Below are positions 8,881 through 24,500 of a DNA stretch of 64,000 nucleotides, in pieces. The first letter of the stretch is position 1. Each line of letters starts with the position of its first letter. The notes under the pieces are model-generated. The model did not search any database. It saw only the letters and a list, made by a program, of their open reading frames with translations, and had not been told where the DNA came from. Source of the stretch: Thermoanaerobaculia bacterium (GTDB lineage Bacteria > Acidobacteriota > Thermoanaerobaculia > UBA5066); NCBI GenBank assembly GCA_963719225.1, contig CAVRAY010000001.1, positions 2,336,001-2,400,000 of the forward strand. The letters run 5' to 3'. The translations under genes were made by a program, and so were the position numbers.

Positions 8881-11800
8881 ATGATGCGATCCCTGTTCGG
8901 GCGGCGACGTCCCGTGGAGGAAGTGCCTCTCCGGGGCGAGATCCTGGGCCTCGAGAGCCTCGAGGAGCGCGCGAGGACGCTGGCCGGTATCTTCACGCTG
9001 GCGCGAGACTCCCGGGCGGACAGGCACGACGTCCGAAAGCGGCTGGACGCGAATCTCCGCGTCCTTCGCGAGGCCTACCGGGTCCTGGCCGGCGACGTCC
9101 GTCGGGGTGACGCCGTCGATCCCGCCGCCGAGTGGCTCCTCGACAACTTTCACCTCGTCGAATCCGAAGCGCGGGCGGTACGTCACGACCTCCCTTCGAG
9201 GTACTACCAGAAGCTCCCGAAGCTCGCCGCGCGCGAGCTCTCGGGCCGGGCCCGCATCCACGCGATGGCGCTGGAGCTCATCCGGCACGGCGACGGACGG
9301 CTCGACGCGGAGCGGCTCAACCGCTTCGTCCTCGCTTACCAGACGGTCGCGCCGCTGACGATCGGCGAGCTCTGGGCGTGGCCCAGCATGCTCAAGCTCG
9401 CGCTCCTGGAGAACCTGCGGATCCTGGCCGCGGGGATCCTGTCGGGGCGAGCCGCAAGGCGGGAGGCGGACGCCGCGCTCGAAAGGCTGGCCGGCGGCGG
9501 CCCGCCCGAGCCGCTTCCCGACCCTCTTCACAGCGCATTCGTCGCGCAGCTGCGGCACCGGATGCACGAAGCCGATCCACGCGTCTCGTCGCTTCATGCG
9601 CGGATGGAGGAAGCATTTCCCGAGGGCGGCCCGACGTCCGAGGACGCCGTCCGAGCCGAGCACCAGCGTCAGGCCACCGACCAGGCCTCGACGGGCAACA
9701 CGATCACGAGCCTGAGGCTCTGCGCCACGCTCGACTGGAGCCGCTTCGTGGAGCGGGTCAGCCTGGTGGAGCAGATCCTGCGCCGCGATCCGGCGGGCGT
9801 CTATACGCGCATGGATTTCCAGAGCCGGGACCGTTACCGCCAGGCCGTGGAGGACCTCGCCGAGCCCACGGGCGAGGCTCAGGTGCGTGTCGCCCTGCGC
9901 GCCGTGGAGAGCGCACGCCAGGCGGCGGAGAAAAAGGGAATCGGCGAGAGAGCCGCCCACGTGGGTCACCACCTGATCGGCCCGGGTCGGGTCGGCCTGG
10001 AGATCGACGTGGCATACACGCCGCGGCTCGGCCAGCGCCTCCGCCGGTTCGCCTTCGCCCACGCGACGGCGGCGTACCTCGGCGGCGTCGGCCTCCTGAC
10101 CGGCCTCGTCGTCTACGCGGCGATGAAGTACGTGGGAGCCTCCGGGGCTCCGCAGTTGGCGATCGCCGCGGCGCTTCTCGCGACGATCCCCGGGAGCGAG
10201 CTCGCGGTTCTCATCGTTCAGCGTCTCGTCGCCGCGTTCGTGCCGCCGCGGCGGCTGGCCCGCGTCGACCTCATCGGGGGCGTTCCCGAGAGCGCCCGCA
10301 CGATGGTGGTCGTGCCGGCGCTCTTCGGAGGCGTGAAGGGCGTCGAGGCTCTGCTGGAGCACCTCGAGGTGCAGGCCCTCGGCAACCTCGATCCGCACAT
10401 CCACTTCGCGATCCTCGGCGACTTCAAGGACGCGCCCGCCCAGACCATGGAGGGCGACGCGGAGATCCTGGCGGCCGCCACCGCCGGGATCGAGGACCTC
10501 AACCGGCGCCACGCGACCGAGGCTAAAGACCGCTTCTTCCTGTTCCACCGGGAGCGCCGGTGGAACGCGAAAGAGGGCGTGTTCATGGGCTGGGAGAGAA
10601 AGCGGGGCAAGCTCGAGGAGCTGAACAGACTGCTCCGCGACGCGGGCGACACCGGCTTCATCGTGCGTCAGGGGGAGCTTTCGATCCTGCCGTCCGTCCG
10701 CTACGTCCTCACGCTCGACGCGGACTCGCGGCTTCCGAGAGGCGCCGCGCACACCCTGATCGGGATCCTCTCCCACCCGCTGAACAGACCCGTCTTCGAT
10801 CCGTCGGTGGGACGGGTGACGGAGGGATACGGAATCCTCCAGCCACGAGTCAGCGTCACGCTCGCGAGCGCCGCCGGGTCGCTCTTCGCGCGGGTCTATG
10901 CCGGCCACACGGGAGTCGATCCGTACACGACGGCCGTCTCCGATACCTATCAGGATCTCTTCGGCGAGGGCGTCTTCACGGGCAAGGGGCTCTACGACGT
11001 GGACGCCTTTCGCGCGGCCGTGGACGGGCGCGTCCCCGAGAACGCGCTCCTCTCGCACGACCTCTTCGAGGGCCTGCACGCGAGGACCGGCCTCGTCTCC
11101 GACGTGGAGGTGGTGGACGACTATCCCGCGAACCTCCTTGCGCACGCGCGGCGCCAGCACCGCTGGGTGCGCGGCGACTGGCAGATCCTGGCCTGGCTCC
11201 TGCCGATGGTCCCGACTCCGAGGGGCTTCGCGAAGAACCGCCTGCCGCTCATCAGCCAGTGGAAGATCCTGGACAACCTCCGGCGGAGCCTCGTCGCTCC
11301 TTCCCTTCTCGCTCTCTTCGCTGCCGCCTGGACGGTCCTGCCCGGGAACCCGCTCGCCTGGACACTCGCCGGTCTCGCGGTCGTTTCGTTCCCGCTCGTC
11401 ACGTCGCTCCTCCACCTGCTGAAGAGGCCGCCCGCGTACGAGCCGGCCCGGGTCCACCTGCACGGGCTTCTCGAGGAGCTGAGCACGGCTTCCGCGCAGG
11501 CACTCCTGACGCTCGTCTTCCTCCCCTACCACGCATGGGAGATGGTGCATGCCATCGCCCTGACGCTCGTGAGGCTCGTCATCACGCAGCGCCGCCTGCT
11601 GGACTGGGAGACCGCCGCGGCGCAGGCGGCGCGGGCCGCGTCGCGCGAAGGAATCCGCCCATTCCTGGCGGAGATGGCGGCGAGCCCGATTGCCGCGGCC
11701 GTTCTCGTGGCTCTCACCGCTGTGGCGCGTCCCGGCGCTCTTCCCCTAGCTCTGCCTTTTGCCGTTCTCTGGGCGATCGCGCCCTTCCTCGCCTTTTGGC

Positions 11801-14800
11801 TGAGTCATCCGGTCCCGCCGCGGCGGCGCGAGCTGTCCCCCGCGGATCGCGAGCTCCTCCTCGCGGTCGCCCGGAAGACCTGGAACTACTTCGAGACGCT
11901 GATCGGCCCCGAAGGCCACGGCCTTCCTCCCGACAATCTCCAGGAGGAGCCCGCCCGCGTCGTGGCGCACCGGACCTCGCCCACCAACATCGGCATGGGC
12001 CTTCTCTCGACGCTCGCGGCTCACGATCTGGGTTTCCTGCCGGCGGACGCGATGCTCGAGAGGCTCGAGGAGACTCTGACGACCGTCGAAGGGCTGGAGC
12101 GACACGAGGGGCATCTCCTGAACTGGTACGACACGCGGAATCTCTCGGCGCTCCTTCCGCGCTACGTCTCCACGGTGGACAGCGGCAATCTCGCCGGGGC
12201 GCTGCTCGCGCTGGCCGAAGGATGCCGGCGGCTGGCCGCCTCGCAACCGCCGCTTGCCGCGCGCCTCCTCGACCTCGCCCTGCGCGCCGCGTCTTTCGCC
12301 GACGGAATGGACTTCGCGTTCCTCTACGACCGCGAGCGCCAGCTGTTCTCGATCGGCTACCGGCTGGCCGACTCCGGGGGCCCCGGCCGGCTGGACAGCT
12401 CGTACTACGACCTCCTCGCCTCGGAGGCGCGGATCGCGAGCTTCTTCGCCATCGCCAAGGGGGACGTCGCGCAGAGTCACTGGTTCCACCTCGGGCGGCT
12501 CGTGGTGAGCGTGGACGGCGTCCCGACGCTCGTATCGTGGAGCGCGTCGATGTTCGAGTACCTGATGCCGCTCCTCCTGATGAGGACGTATCCCGGGACG
12601 CTCCTCGACCAGACATATCGCATGGCCGTTCGCAGGCAGCGCCAGTACGCGCGCGACCGTGGCGTGCCCTGGGGCATCTCCGAGTCGGCGTTCAACGTCG
12701 TGGACCGGCTCGGGAACTACCAGTACAAGGCCTTCGGCGTTCCGGGTCTCGGGCTGAAGCGCGGGCTGGCCGACGAGCTCGTGGTCGCGCCCTACGCGAC
12801 CGCGTTGGCCGCGATGGTGGATCCGGCGGAAGCTGCGCGAAACCTGAAGCGCCTCGCGGCCGCGGGGGCCGAGGGGGCGTTGGGCTTTTACGACGCCGTC
12901 GATTACACGCCGCGCAGGCCGGAGGACGCCGCCTCGCCTGCTCCGGCGCGCGGTGTCGGGGCAAGCGAAGGCGTGATCGTGAGAACGTACTTGGCGAACC
13001 ACCAGGGGATGACTCTCGTCGCCCTCGCGAACGTCCTTCTCGGCGACGTCATGGTGGACCGGTTTCACGCGGATCCCAGGATCCAGGCGACCGAGCTCCT
13101 CCTGCAGGAGAGGGTGCCGCGCGAGGCTCCCGTCATCCAGCCGCGTCCCGCGGAGGAAACCCGCGTGGTTCCCACGGTCGCTCGCGCCCCGCGCCGCCTC
13201 CGCTCGCCCCACACGCCGTACCCGCGCGCGCAGATCCTGTCGAACGGCGCCTATGTCGCGATCGTGACGAACGCTGGCGGAGGAGCGAGCTTCTGCCGGG
13301 ACCGGGCCGTCACGCGGTGGCGCGAGGACCCGACGCGCGACCCGGGCAGTCAGTTCATCTATCTGCGTGACGTCCGCGGCGGCGCGGTCTGGTCCGCCGG
13401 CTATCAGCCCGTCGGCGTGGAGCCGGAGAGCTATCTCGTGGAGCTCCTCCCCGAGAAGGCCGTCATCCAGCGACGCGATCACGGCATCGAGACGCGCCTG
13501 GAGGTCGCGGTCTCGCCCGAGGACGACGCCGAGGTCCGGCGGGTCTCCGTGACGAACCGGAGCGACTGGCCGCGCGAAATCGAGCTGACGAGCTACGTCG
13601 AGATCGCGCTCGGATCCATCTCCGAGGACGTCGCGCATCCCGCCTTCGGGAAGCTCTTCGTCGAGACCGAGTGGGTGCCGGAGAGTACCGCCCTCCTCGC
13701 GCGGCGCCGCGCGCGAGGCCCGCACGACCCGGCTTTCTATGCCTTTCACGTCCTGTCCATCGACGGACGGATGCAGGCTCCCGTCGAGTGGGAGACGGAC
13801 CGCATGCGATTTCTGGGTCGCGGGCGCGGCCCCGACGACCCGGTCGCTCTCGACGGGCGGGCGCTCTCGGGCACCACGGGCGCCGTGCTCGACCCGATCC
13901 TCAGCCTGAGGACGCGGCTGCGCCTCGCGCCCGGCGCCTTCGCCCGGCTCTCCCTCGCGACCGGCGTCGCCGCGGACGAGATCGCGGCGCGCGCGCTCGC
14001 GCAGAAGTATCGCGACCCCGGCGTCGCCGCCCGCACGTTTGCCCTCGCCTACACGCACGCGCAGGTCTCGATCCGGCACCTGGGCATCTCCGCCGAGGAG
14101 GCCCAGCTCTTCGAGCGCCTCGGCTCCCGTGTCTTTTTCTCCGACGCGTCGCTGCGCGCCGAACGGGACCTGCTGGAAAAGAGCACCCTGGGACAAGCGG
14201 GCCTCTGGGGACACGGCATCTCGGGCGATCTCCCCATCGTCCTGGTCCGCGTGACCGAGCCGGACGACCTGCCGCTCGTGCGTCACGTCCTGATGGCGCA
14301 GGAGCTCTGGCGCCTCAAGGGGCTGAAGGCGGACGCCGTGATCCTGAACGAGCATCCCGCCAGCTATCGCGACGAGATGCACGAGCAGCTCGTCGAGCTC
14401 GTCGAGGGCGGCGCGTGGGGCGGATGGCAGGGGAAGCCCGGAGGCATCTTCCTTCTCCGCGGCGATGCGATGCCGGACGCGGAGCGGATTCTCCTCAATA
14501 CGGTCGCCCGCACGGTTCTCTCCGGAGAACGCGGGGAGCTGGAGGAACAGCTCGACCGCCACGAGCCGGAGCCCGTGTTTCCTGTCACGGCCCGGCAGGC
14601 CGCCGAGCCGGCGGATGTCGAAGAGCCGGAGGCGCCGGTCGAGCCTCCGCCTCTCGTCATGGAGAACGGGCTCGGCGGCTTCACGCGCGACGGCGGCGAA
14701 TACGTGGTCGTCCTCGAGGGCGAACGCGAGACTCCGCTCCCGTGGGTCAGCGTGCTCGCGAACCCGGGGTTCGGAACCATCGTCACGAGCTCGGGCGCGG

Positions 14801-17132
14801 CCCACACCTGGTGCGAGAACAGCCGTGAGAACCGCCTCACACCGTTCGCGAACGATCCCGTCACCGACCCGACCGCGGAAGCGATCTTCATGCGCGACGA
14901 GGAAGGCGGCGCCGCCTGGGGAGCCACGCCGGGGCCCCTGCAAGCGGACGTCACGCTCCCCGCGGTGGGCGGTACGCCACGCGCCCGGCGTGACGCGCTG
15001 GCAGAGCGCCGGGCGCGGCATCGCGCAGGAGCTGGCGGTCTTCGTGTCCCGGAACGAGCCGGTCAAGCTGTCCCTTCTGACCGTCACGAACCGCTCGAAC
15101 CGGCCTCGCCGGCTCAGCCTCTTCGCATACAACGAGTGGTCGCTCGGACCCCCGAAACCGGGAGTGGCGCGCTCGTGGTGACGGAGCGCGACCCGGACAG
15201 GGCGCGGTCTTCGCGCGCAATCCGTACAGCGAGGACTCAGCGGCCGCGTCGCGTTCGCGGGCGCCAGCGAACGCCTCTTCTCGGCCACCGGCGACCGCCG
15301 GGAGTTCCTGGGCCGCAACGGCTCGCTCCAACGTGCGGCCGCGTTCATGCGCACGCGGCTCTCGGGCCGCTTCGGCGCGGGGCTCGATCCCTGCGCGGCC
15401 CTGCAAGTGGCGTCGACCTCCTGCCGGGCGAGACGCGGCGCGTCGTGTTTCTGCTCGGCCAGGGCCGTGACCTCGTCGAGACGCGCGCGCTCTTCCGGCG
15501 CTACTCGGGAGCGGCCGGCCTCGCCGCGGCCGAAGCCGAGCTCGAAGTGGTGGAGGCGTTCTGGGAGGAGATGCTCGGCGCCGTGCGGGTCTCGACCCCC
15601 GACGACTCCTTCGACCTGCTCGTGAACAGGTGGCTCCTCTACCAGGACCTGGCCTGCCGGCTCTGGGCGCGATCCGGCTATTACCAGCCGAGCGGCGCGT
15701 ACGGTTTCCGCGACCAGCTCCAGGACGTCCTGGCGCTGATGTTCGACGCGACCCGACCTGACCCGCGAGCATCTCCTGCGCGCGGCGGCGCGCCAGTTCA
15801 CGGAGGGCGACGTGCAGCACTGGTGGGACGCGCTCGACCGGCCGCGGAATTCGAACGCGATGCTCGGACGATCTCCTGTGGCTGCCCGTACGCGCTGGCC
15901 CAGTACCTCGAAAGCGACCGGCGACGTCTCTGTCCTCGACGAACGGGTGACGTACCTCGAGGCGCCTGCCGTTCCAGCCGGGAGAGGCGGAGGCCTACGG
16001 GCTGCCGACGGTCTCGACGGAAGAGGGCCCGCTCTTCGAGCACGGTCTCAAGGCCATCGACCGCGCGCTGACGCCGGCTCCCACGGCCTGCCGCTCATCG
16101 GCAGCGGCGACTGGAACGACGGCTACAACCGCGTCGGGCCCCCGGGCCGCGGGGAGAGCGTCTTCGTCGGATGGTTCCTGCACGCGGTCCTGGGCGCCTT
16201 CGCTCCGCTTTGCGACGAGCGAGGCGACGCGCCGCGTGCCGGCGTTACCGCGCCGAGCGCAAGCGCCTCGGGCGCGATGCTCGAGCAGAGCTGGGACGGC
16301 GAGTGGTATCGGCGCGCCTACTTCGACGACGGCACGCCGCTGGGATCCGCCCAGAACGACGAGGGCGGCATCGACTCGGTCGCGCAGACCTGGGCCGTGC
16401 TCTCGGGCGCCGCGCCGAAGAAGCGGGCCGAGCGCGCGATGGATGCGGTGCGCGCCCAGCTCGTGAGACGCGCGTCGCAGGTCATCCTTCTCCTCTCGCC
16501 GCCCTTCGACCGCACGGCCCTCGACCCCGGCTACATCAAGGGTTACCTCCCGGGAGTCCGCGAGAACGGCGGACAGTACACGCACGCGGCCCAGTGGGTC
16601 GTCCTGGCCCTCGCGCGCCTCGGGTAGCGGCGACGAGGCGGCCGAGCTCTTCCACATGCTCAACCCGATCAACCACGCACGCACCGCCGCGGAGGTCGAG
16701 CAATACAAGACCGAGCCCTACGCCGTGGCGGGGGACGTCTACGACCACCCCGCGCACCGCGGTCGCGGGGGATGGACCTGGTACACCGGCTCGGCCGGCT
16801 GGATGTATCGCGTCGGCCTGGAGGGGATTCTCGGGCTCACGCGCCGCGGCGCCACTTCGCGGTGGACCCGTGCATCCCGTCGTCGTGGCCCGGCTTCTCC
16901 GATCGAATGGCGCTTCGGAAAGACCCGATACACGATCGAAGTCGAGAACCCGAACCGTCGCGGCGGCGGCGTCCTGAGCGCCGAGCTCGACGGAGTGGCG
17001 GCGGACTCCGCCGCGATCCCCCTCGTGGACGACGGCGGAGTGCACAGGGTGCGGATCGTCCTGGGGGCGCGGAAGGCGGTCTCCGGCGCCGGGCTGACGC
17101 CGGTTCCGGAAACGACGTCCCCTGCCCGGTGA
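8881..17132 (+). CDS. Cyclic beta-1,2-glucan synthase (Cgs/NdvB/ChvB type, GT84 plus GH94-like); 3' part frameshifted
   Basis: [83 protein letters not shown]. About 2750 codons over several frames after about 14.9 kb. Confidence 0.92.
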
Positions 17133-17174
17133 GCGGCGGCGGGATTTTTTCGCCTACGCCCGGGGTCAGCCGAC

Positions 17175-17669
17175 CTACGCAACCACCTCCGCAAGCACCT
17201 CGCCGAGCGTCACGCGCTGCCCCTCGGCGACGAACAGCTCCGTCACCGTCCCCTCGTGCGGCGCGGCAATCGGGTTCTCCATCTTCATTGCCTCGACGAG
17301 GAGGAGGACCTGACCGGCGCTCACGTAGGCGCCGCGCTCGACGAAGAGGCGCGTGATCACGCCGGGGATCGGGGCCTTCACGCGACCGTCGCCGCTCGCG
17401 GGCCTCGTGCCGGCGCTGTCGAGGTCGCGCACCTCGAGCGGGAAGTAGCCGGCCGCGGACCGCACCCACCTGAGCCCGGTGTCGAAGAGCGCCTCCACGG
17501 GACGGCCCTCGACGACGACGACGCCGAACGAACCCGAGGCGTGCTGGCGCGGCGAGAGCAGGACCTGCTCGCCGTCGACGGTCACGAAGGGCTCGTCCGA
17601 TGCGATCTGGCGCTGATCGAGCTCGACCGTGTAGGTCCGTTCTTCGAGCGTCACCGCGATCCGTCTCAT
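17175..17669 (-). CDS. Biotin carboxyl carrier protein
   Basis: VKAPIPG...VEAMKMEN biotinylation motif. Confidence 0.92.
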   Translation of the reverse strand: MRRIAVTLEERTYTVELDQRQIASDEPFVTVDGEQVLLSPRQHASGSFGVVVVEGRPVEALFDTGLRWVRSAAGYFPLEVRDLDSAGTRPASGDGRVKAPIPGVITRLFVERGAYVSAGQVLLLVEAMKMENPIAAPHEGTVTELFVAEGQRVTLGEVLAEVVA

Positions 17670-17685
17670 GTCGTTGCGCCTTTTC

Positions 17686-19175
17686 TCACGGGACCCGGCG
17701 GCTCTCGCGGAACCATCCGGTGAGCGCTTCCTCGGGCAGCTCGGGTTTGAAGTCGAGGTGGTGACGGACGTACGCGAGCGCCGCGGCGACGGCGAGGTCG
17801 CGGCGGTGGCGCTCGTCCCCGTCTCCCCGGAGCAAAGCGGGCGAGAAGAACGAAGAGTCGTATTCGCCGGCGCGAAAGCGGGGATCACGCACGAGCCTGA
17901 CGTGCAGGGACACGTCGTTCCCCACGCCGACGAACGTCATCTCGACGAGCGCCCGCGTGAGCCTGCGGACCGCGATCTCCCGCGTCTCGCCGCGGACCGC
18001 GACCGTCGCAAGCCCCGGATCGTAGGCTTCGGGCACGTCGGCGCCGGGCACGAGATGCGTGTCGGTGCGGACGTTCGGCCCTCCCGGGAGACGCATCCAC
18101 TGCACGCGCCCGGGTGAAGGCAGGAACCCGTGCCACGGGTCCTGGGCGTTGATGCGGCACTGGATGGAATGGCCGCGCGTCGCCGCCGCCTCCGTCAGCG
18201 ACGCATCGAGGAGCTCGCCCGCGGCCAGACGGAGCTGCCAGGAGACGAGATCGATCCCGGTCAGCATCTCGGTCACCACGTGCTCACGCTGGAGCCGGGG
18301 TTTGATCTCGGTGAAGAGGAACCGTCCGTCCGGCAGCCCGAGAAACTCGACGGTGGAGGCGCCGCGACAACCGAACAGCCGCGTGAGCCGCCCGGCCTTC
18401 TCGTGGAGCTCGCGCCGGGCCGCGGAACCGAGCCACGGGGACGGGGACTCGTCGACCAGCTTCTGGTTTCCGCGCTGGACCGAGCCCTCGCGCTCTCCCA
18501 GCACGGCGATCTCTCCGGCTTCGTCGGCGAGGACCTGGACGCCAAGGACATGGACGCGGCGGAAATAGCGCTCGAGGAAGACCCGGCGGTTGCCGTAGTT
18601 GAGCTCGGTCTGCTCCTGGGCACCTCTGAACGCCTCGACGAACTGCTCCGGCTTGCGCACGAGGCGCATGCCCCGGCCGCGCCCGCCACGGGTCGACTTC
18701 ACGAGGAGCGGGTAGCCGAAGCGGGCCGCGTCCTCCTCCGCCGCCTTCTGCTGCCCCTCGTCGTAGGACCTCGGCGAATGCTCGGGCGTCTCGAAGCCCG
18801 CTGCCTCTGCCGAGCGCATCGCGCCGACCTTGTCCGAGACCGCCGAGAGCGCCGTCGAATCGGGCCCGACGAATCGGATTCCCGCCGTCTCGCAGAGCCT
18901 GACGAAACGCGAGTTCTCGGCAAAGTAGCCGTAGCCGGGGTGGACGGCGTCGCAGCCGCGCGCCTTCGCGATCGCGAGCAGTTGCTCCGCGTCGCGGTAG
19001 CCGAGCGGGCCGGTGAGCTCGGCACACCCGTCGGCGAGCCGGACGGCAAGGGCCTCCCGCTCGAGAGGCTCGTACACGGCAACCGACGAGAGTCCGAGGT
19101 CGCGGCAGGTCCGGAGGACGCGCACGGCGACTTCGCCCCGGTTGGCCACGAGAACGCGCCGGAACGCGCCCGAGC

Positions 19176-19179
<4 letters not shown>
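17686..19179 (-). CDS. Biotin carboxylase subunit of an acyl-CoA carboxylase
   Basis: [42 protein letters not shown]. Confidence 0.92.
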
Positions 19180-20754
<1,575 letters not shown>

Positions 20755-20759
20755 GGTGG

Positions 20760-21503
20760 TCCTTTCCGAGGAGCGCCGACGACCGCGCGGCCAGCGTCAG
20801 GACGAAGCGGCCTCGAACGCTCCAGAGGCCCGAGAAAGGAATCTCGCCGGCGCCAATGCCGGCCGCGCAGAGGGCGTCGAAGCGGCGCCAGGCTTCCCTT
20901 CTGGGGCGGAGAAGCTCGTCCGCAGGCTCGATCGAGAGGCGGATCTCCACGCTTCTCGTGTCGACGGAGAGTCCGAGTGAAAGAGCCTTGAGAACCGACT
21001 CCTTCGCGCTCCAGATCGCGTTCGCGAGAAGGGGTTGCTCCTCAGGAGGGGACTCCTCCCACGCGGCGGCCTCGGCGGGCGTGAAAAAGACGCTCGACGA
21101 AAGCCCGGGAGCGCGGCTCGATCCACTCGACGTCGCCCCCGATCGCGGCTTTGCCCGTCGGCGCCGGGAGGAGCGCGCAGAACGCGGCGCCATGCGCGTG
21201 GCTGACCGAGAGGCAGACCGGCAGCCGCTCTCCCGAGACGAGACGAACGAACGGAGCACCCGAGCCCTCGGTGGCGATCTCGAACGTCTCGGGCCCAAGC
21301 GCGCGACCGAGGATGTCGGATGCGGAGTCGCTCACGAGGCGCTTTGCGGTGAAGCGGCCGAGGAGCCACTCGTCCCGCCTCTTCGGCACGTGAAAGGTCG
21401 CGAGGCGCGCGTTCTCGAACGGCGTGAGCCAGGCAACGGGTGGATTGCAGTCCGGCAGCCCGGCCAAAGTCTCGAAGGCGGTCCGGAGCGACGTCTGCGT
21501 CAT
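20760..21503 (-). CDS. Sfp-type 4'-phosphopantetheinyl transferase, frameshifted; 3' end uncertain
   Basis: [30 protein letters not shown]. Confidence 0.85.
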
Positions 21504-24500
21504 GGATTGCCTCGAGGGTCACGCCCTCCTGGAACGCCACGGTGCGATAGCCGTTCACCTCCACGAAGACGCGCCCGTCCTCGTCCACGACCGCGCGTCG
21601 AAGGAAGACCCGGCGTCTCTCGCCGTGACGAGCGCGAAGAGCCGCCGGCCTCCGCTGTCCTCCTCGCCGCGGGAGACGCGAATGACATCCACGGAGGCCG
21701 GCAGCGCAGGCGCTGCCGCCTGAAAGCTCCCAGACCCCGCCGTCTGGAAGCAGAGCTCGAGCAGACGGGGCGCCGCGAGTGACGCGGCGGACGAGGGCGC
21801 CGCATTCGGGGGCAGATCGGGCGCCATGGATCCGAGAGCCTCGTCGCCGTTCAGCGAGACCCCTTCCAGAACCCGATAGGCCGGCCCGTGGAAGTAAACG
21901 CGGTAAACCGCGTCTCGGGTGATCGGCAGACCGCTCGGTCCGGGAGGCGTGAACGCAACCGCCGGAGGCTCGGGCACGGTTCCGAGGACGACGCGGGCGC
22001 CGGAAGTGGACGAGCCTCACTGCAGCTGAGCTCCGGCTTCGGTCGCACCTCCGAGCGGAGGAGCGTGTCGAAGACGACTCGCCGGCTCGCGGGATGCGCC
22101 GCGGCGCTAAGGTAGAAGGGTCTGCGGCTTCATGCGGTAGAACTTGAACGGGCCTCTCGAAGACGACATCTTCGTGCGCGCGAAGCCGTCCCCCGACGCG
22201 AGCGGTCGCGACCTCGGCGAAGGCTTCGGCGCCCATCACGCCGGCAGCAGCGGCGTCCCCTCGATCTGGTGATCGTAGAGGAACGGCTGAACGTTCGGGT
22301 CGAGCGTCGTCTCGACTTCCAGACCCGCCGTAGAGCGTCGCCGCCTTGACCGCGCCGATCATGCCGAGCGATGCGTACGCCGCCCAGTCGGCTGACCTTC
22401 GGCAGGTCGAGCCCGCCCGTCCCGTCCGAGTTCCTTGCAGGACGCCGAGCCGCTCGCCGACGACGATCTCGCCCCGGAAGCCGCCCGCGACCAGCTCGCG
22501 CCGCACGGTCGGGATACCGGACTCGGGCGGCAGCATGTCGATGCCCGCCATCTCCATGATCCGCGGGATCGAGCCGCGCGTCGCCATGCCGATGCCGCCC
22601 CACGCCGTCCAGTCGATGGCGATGCCGCGTGTTTCTGGTCGCCAGTGGCGTAGAGCTGCTGGTGATCTTGCACAGCAGGTCGTTGGCGGCGCTGTAATCG
22701 GTCTGCCCGCTGTTGCCAAAGCGCCCGGCGACCGAGCTAAAGGCGACCGTCGCGCCGATGCGGCAGATCCCCTTCGCCGCTGCAGCAGGCTGAAGAAGCC
22801 GTCCGCCTTGATGTCGAAGACGAGATTGAACTGCGCCGCGTCCTTATCGCCCAGATTGCGGCTGATTTCGACGCCGCCCGCGTGGACCAGCACGTCGATC
22901 CGCCCGTACGGCTGGCGGATTTCCTCGACGACCGCGCTCGACCGCTGCGCCGTCGAGCAGGTTGACGCTGCGATAGTAGGCTGTTCCGCCCGCCGCCTGA
23001 CCGCCTCGACTGCCCGCAGCGCCGCTTCCTCGCGCTCAATCGCCATGATCTGCTTGTCGATCTGCGCAGGAGTCGGGCTTTCGCCCGCCGCTTTGCGCTC
23101 CTCGATCAGCGCCGCCTTGAGCGCATCCTTGTCGCTGCGGAAAAGCGCGATCTTCGGATCGTTCGCGTCGGGCAGCGCTGACCAGATCGAGCAGGTAGAA
23201 AATGCCGCCGCTCGCTGCCGCCAGATCGCCGACGATGGCGCTGGTGATGCCGCCCGCCGCCCCGGTGACGAGGAACACGGTATCTTTGCCGAGCGTCAGG
23301 CCGGGCGCGCCGTCGGCGGCGGGCTGCTCCACCAGCGTGACGCTGTAGCGATTGCCGTCGTAGTAGCCGACCTCGACCACGCCCGGATCGCTCAGCGTTT
23401 CGGCGATCAGCGCGTCCGCCGGATCAGCCGTCTTGCGGCTGACTTCAAAATCGACCGCTTTGACGAGCGCATCGCCGCGCTCGCGCTTGTAGGCTTTGGC
23501 GAAGCCGGTCACTGCCCCGCCGAGCGGCGCGCTGCGCGCCGTCCGCCGTAGCCATGCAGTCCGCCCAGCCGCGTCGCGGCGATCAGGAAAGTCCCTGCCG
23601 TGCTGATCGCGTCGTAGAGGACGCGCATCGTGATCGAGAGGTTCTTGACGCGCTGGCGGTTGAGTTCGCGCCACAGCTCCAGATCCAGCTTCGAGCGCCG
23701 GTTCCACGTCGAGCGCGGGCAGCCAGTAGACGCCCTGGATCGCGCCTTCGCTCAGCCACGCCTTGACCTGCGCTTCCAGCGTCGGCGCTGTTGGGCGCAT
23801 TCTTCGACCGTCAAGCGCGGTCACGCCGCGTTTTTGCAGCCGGTTGATCAGCGCCTTGACCGACGCCGCCCATGTCGAGCGCGACGATCACGCGGCTGTT
23901 TTCATCGAGCGTCACGCCGTCGGCTTGCACCAGTCGAGCGGCGGGCGCAGCGATGGCACAGGCACGCGGCGCGGGATGCGATCCGCCGCTTCGAGCGAAG
24001 CACTCCGGACGTACGGCGCAGGACGCGACGCCGGCGCAGGCGTCGGCGCGCTTCGGGCTCCGGCGGCTGCGCCAGGTCGGGCGCGACTCGCGCACGAAGT
24101 CGATCACTTTCGCCAGCGTCGGGTAGTCGCGCAGCTTCAGGTCGTCGCGGCGCGGAATGTCGAACGCCTGCCGGATCGCCGCGAACGTCTCCGCCTGCTT
24201 GACCGTATCGATCCCCAGGTCGGCTTCCATGTCGAGATCGAGTTCCAGCATCTCCACCGGGTAGCCGGTCTGCTCGGCGACAATCTCCAGCACTTTCGCC
24301 GTCACTGGCCGCCGCCCGCGCATGCGGGCTGGCGCTTCGGGCGGCGCTTCGGTGATCGCCGAGGCTCCGTCGCGTTCGCGGCGACGGTGCAGGCGGACGC
24401 TATCCGGTTCGGGCGGCTGCGCCAGATCGGGGCGCGAAGTCGCGCACAAAGTCGATCACCTTCGCCAGCGTCGGGTAGTCGCGCAGCTTCATGTCGTCGC

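Noticed and set aside
8875-15801. Long minus-strand ORFs (891 and 1351 aa) opposite cgs, and similar shadows elsewhere
   Set aside because: Expected antisense ORFs in high-GC coding DNA; no recognisable motifs
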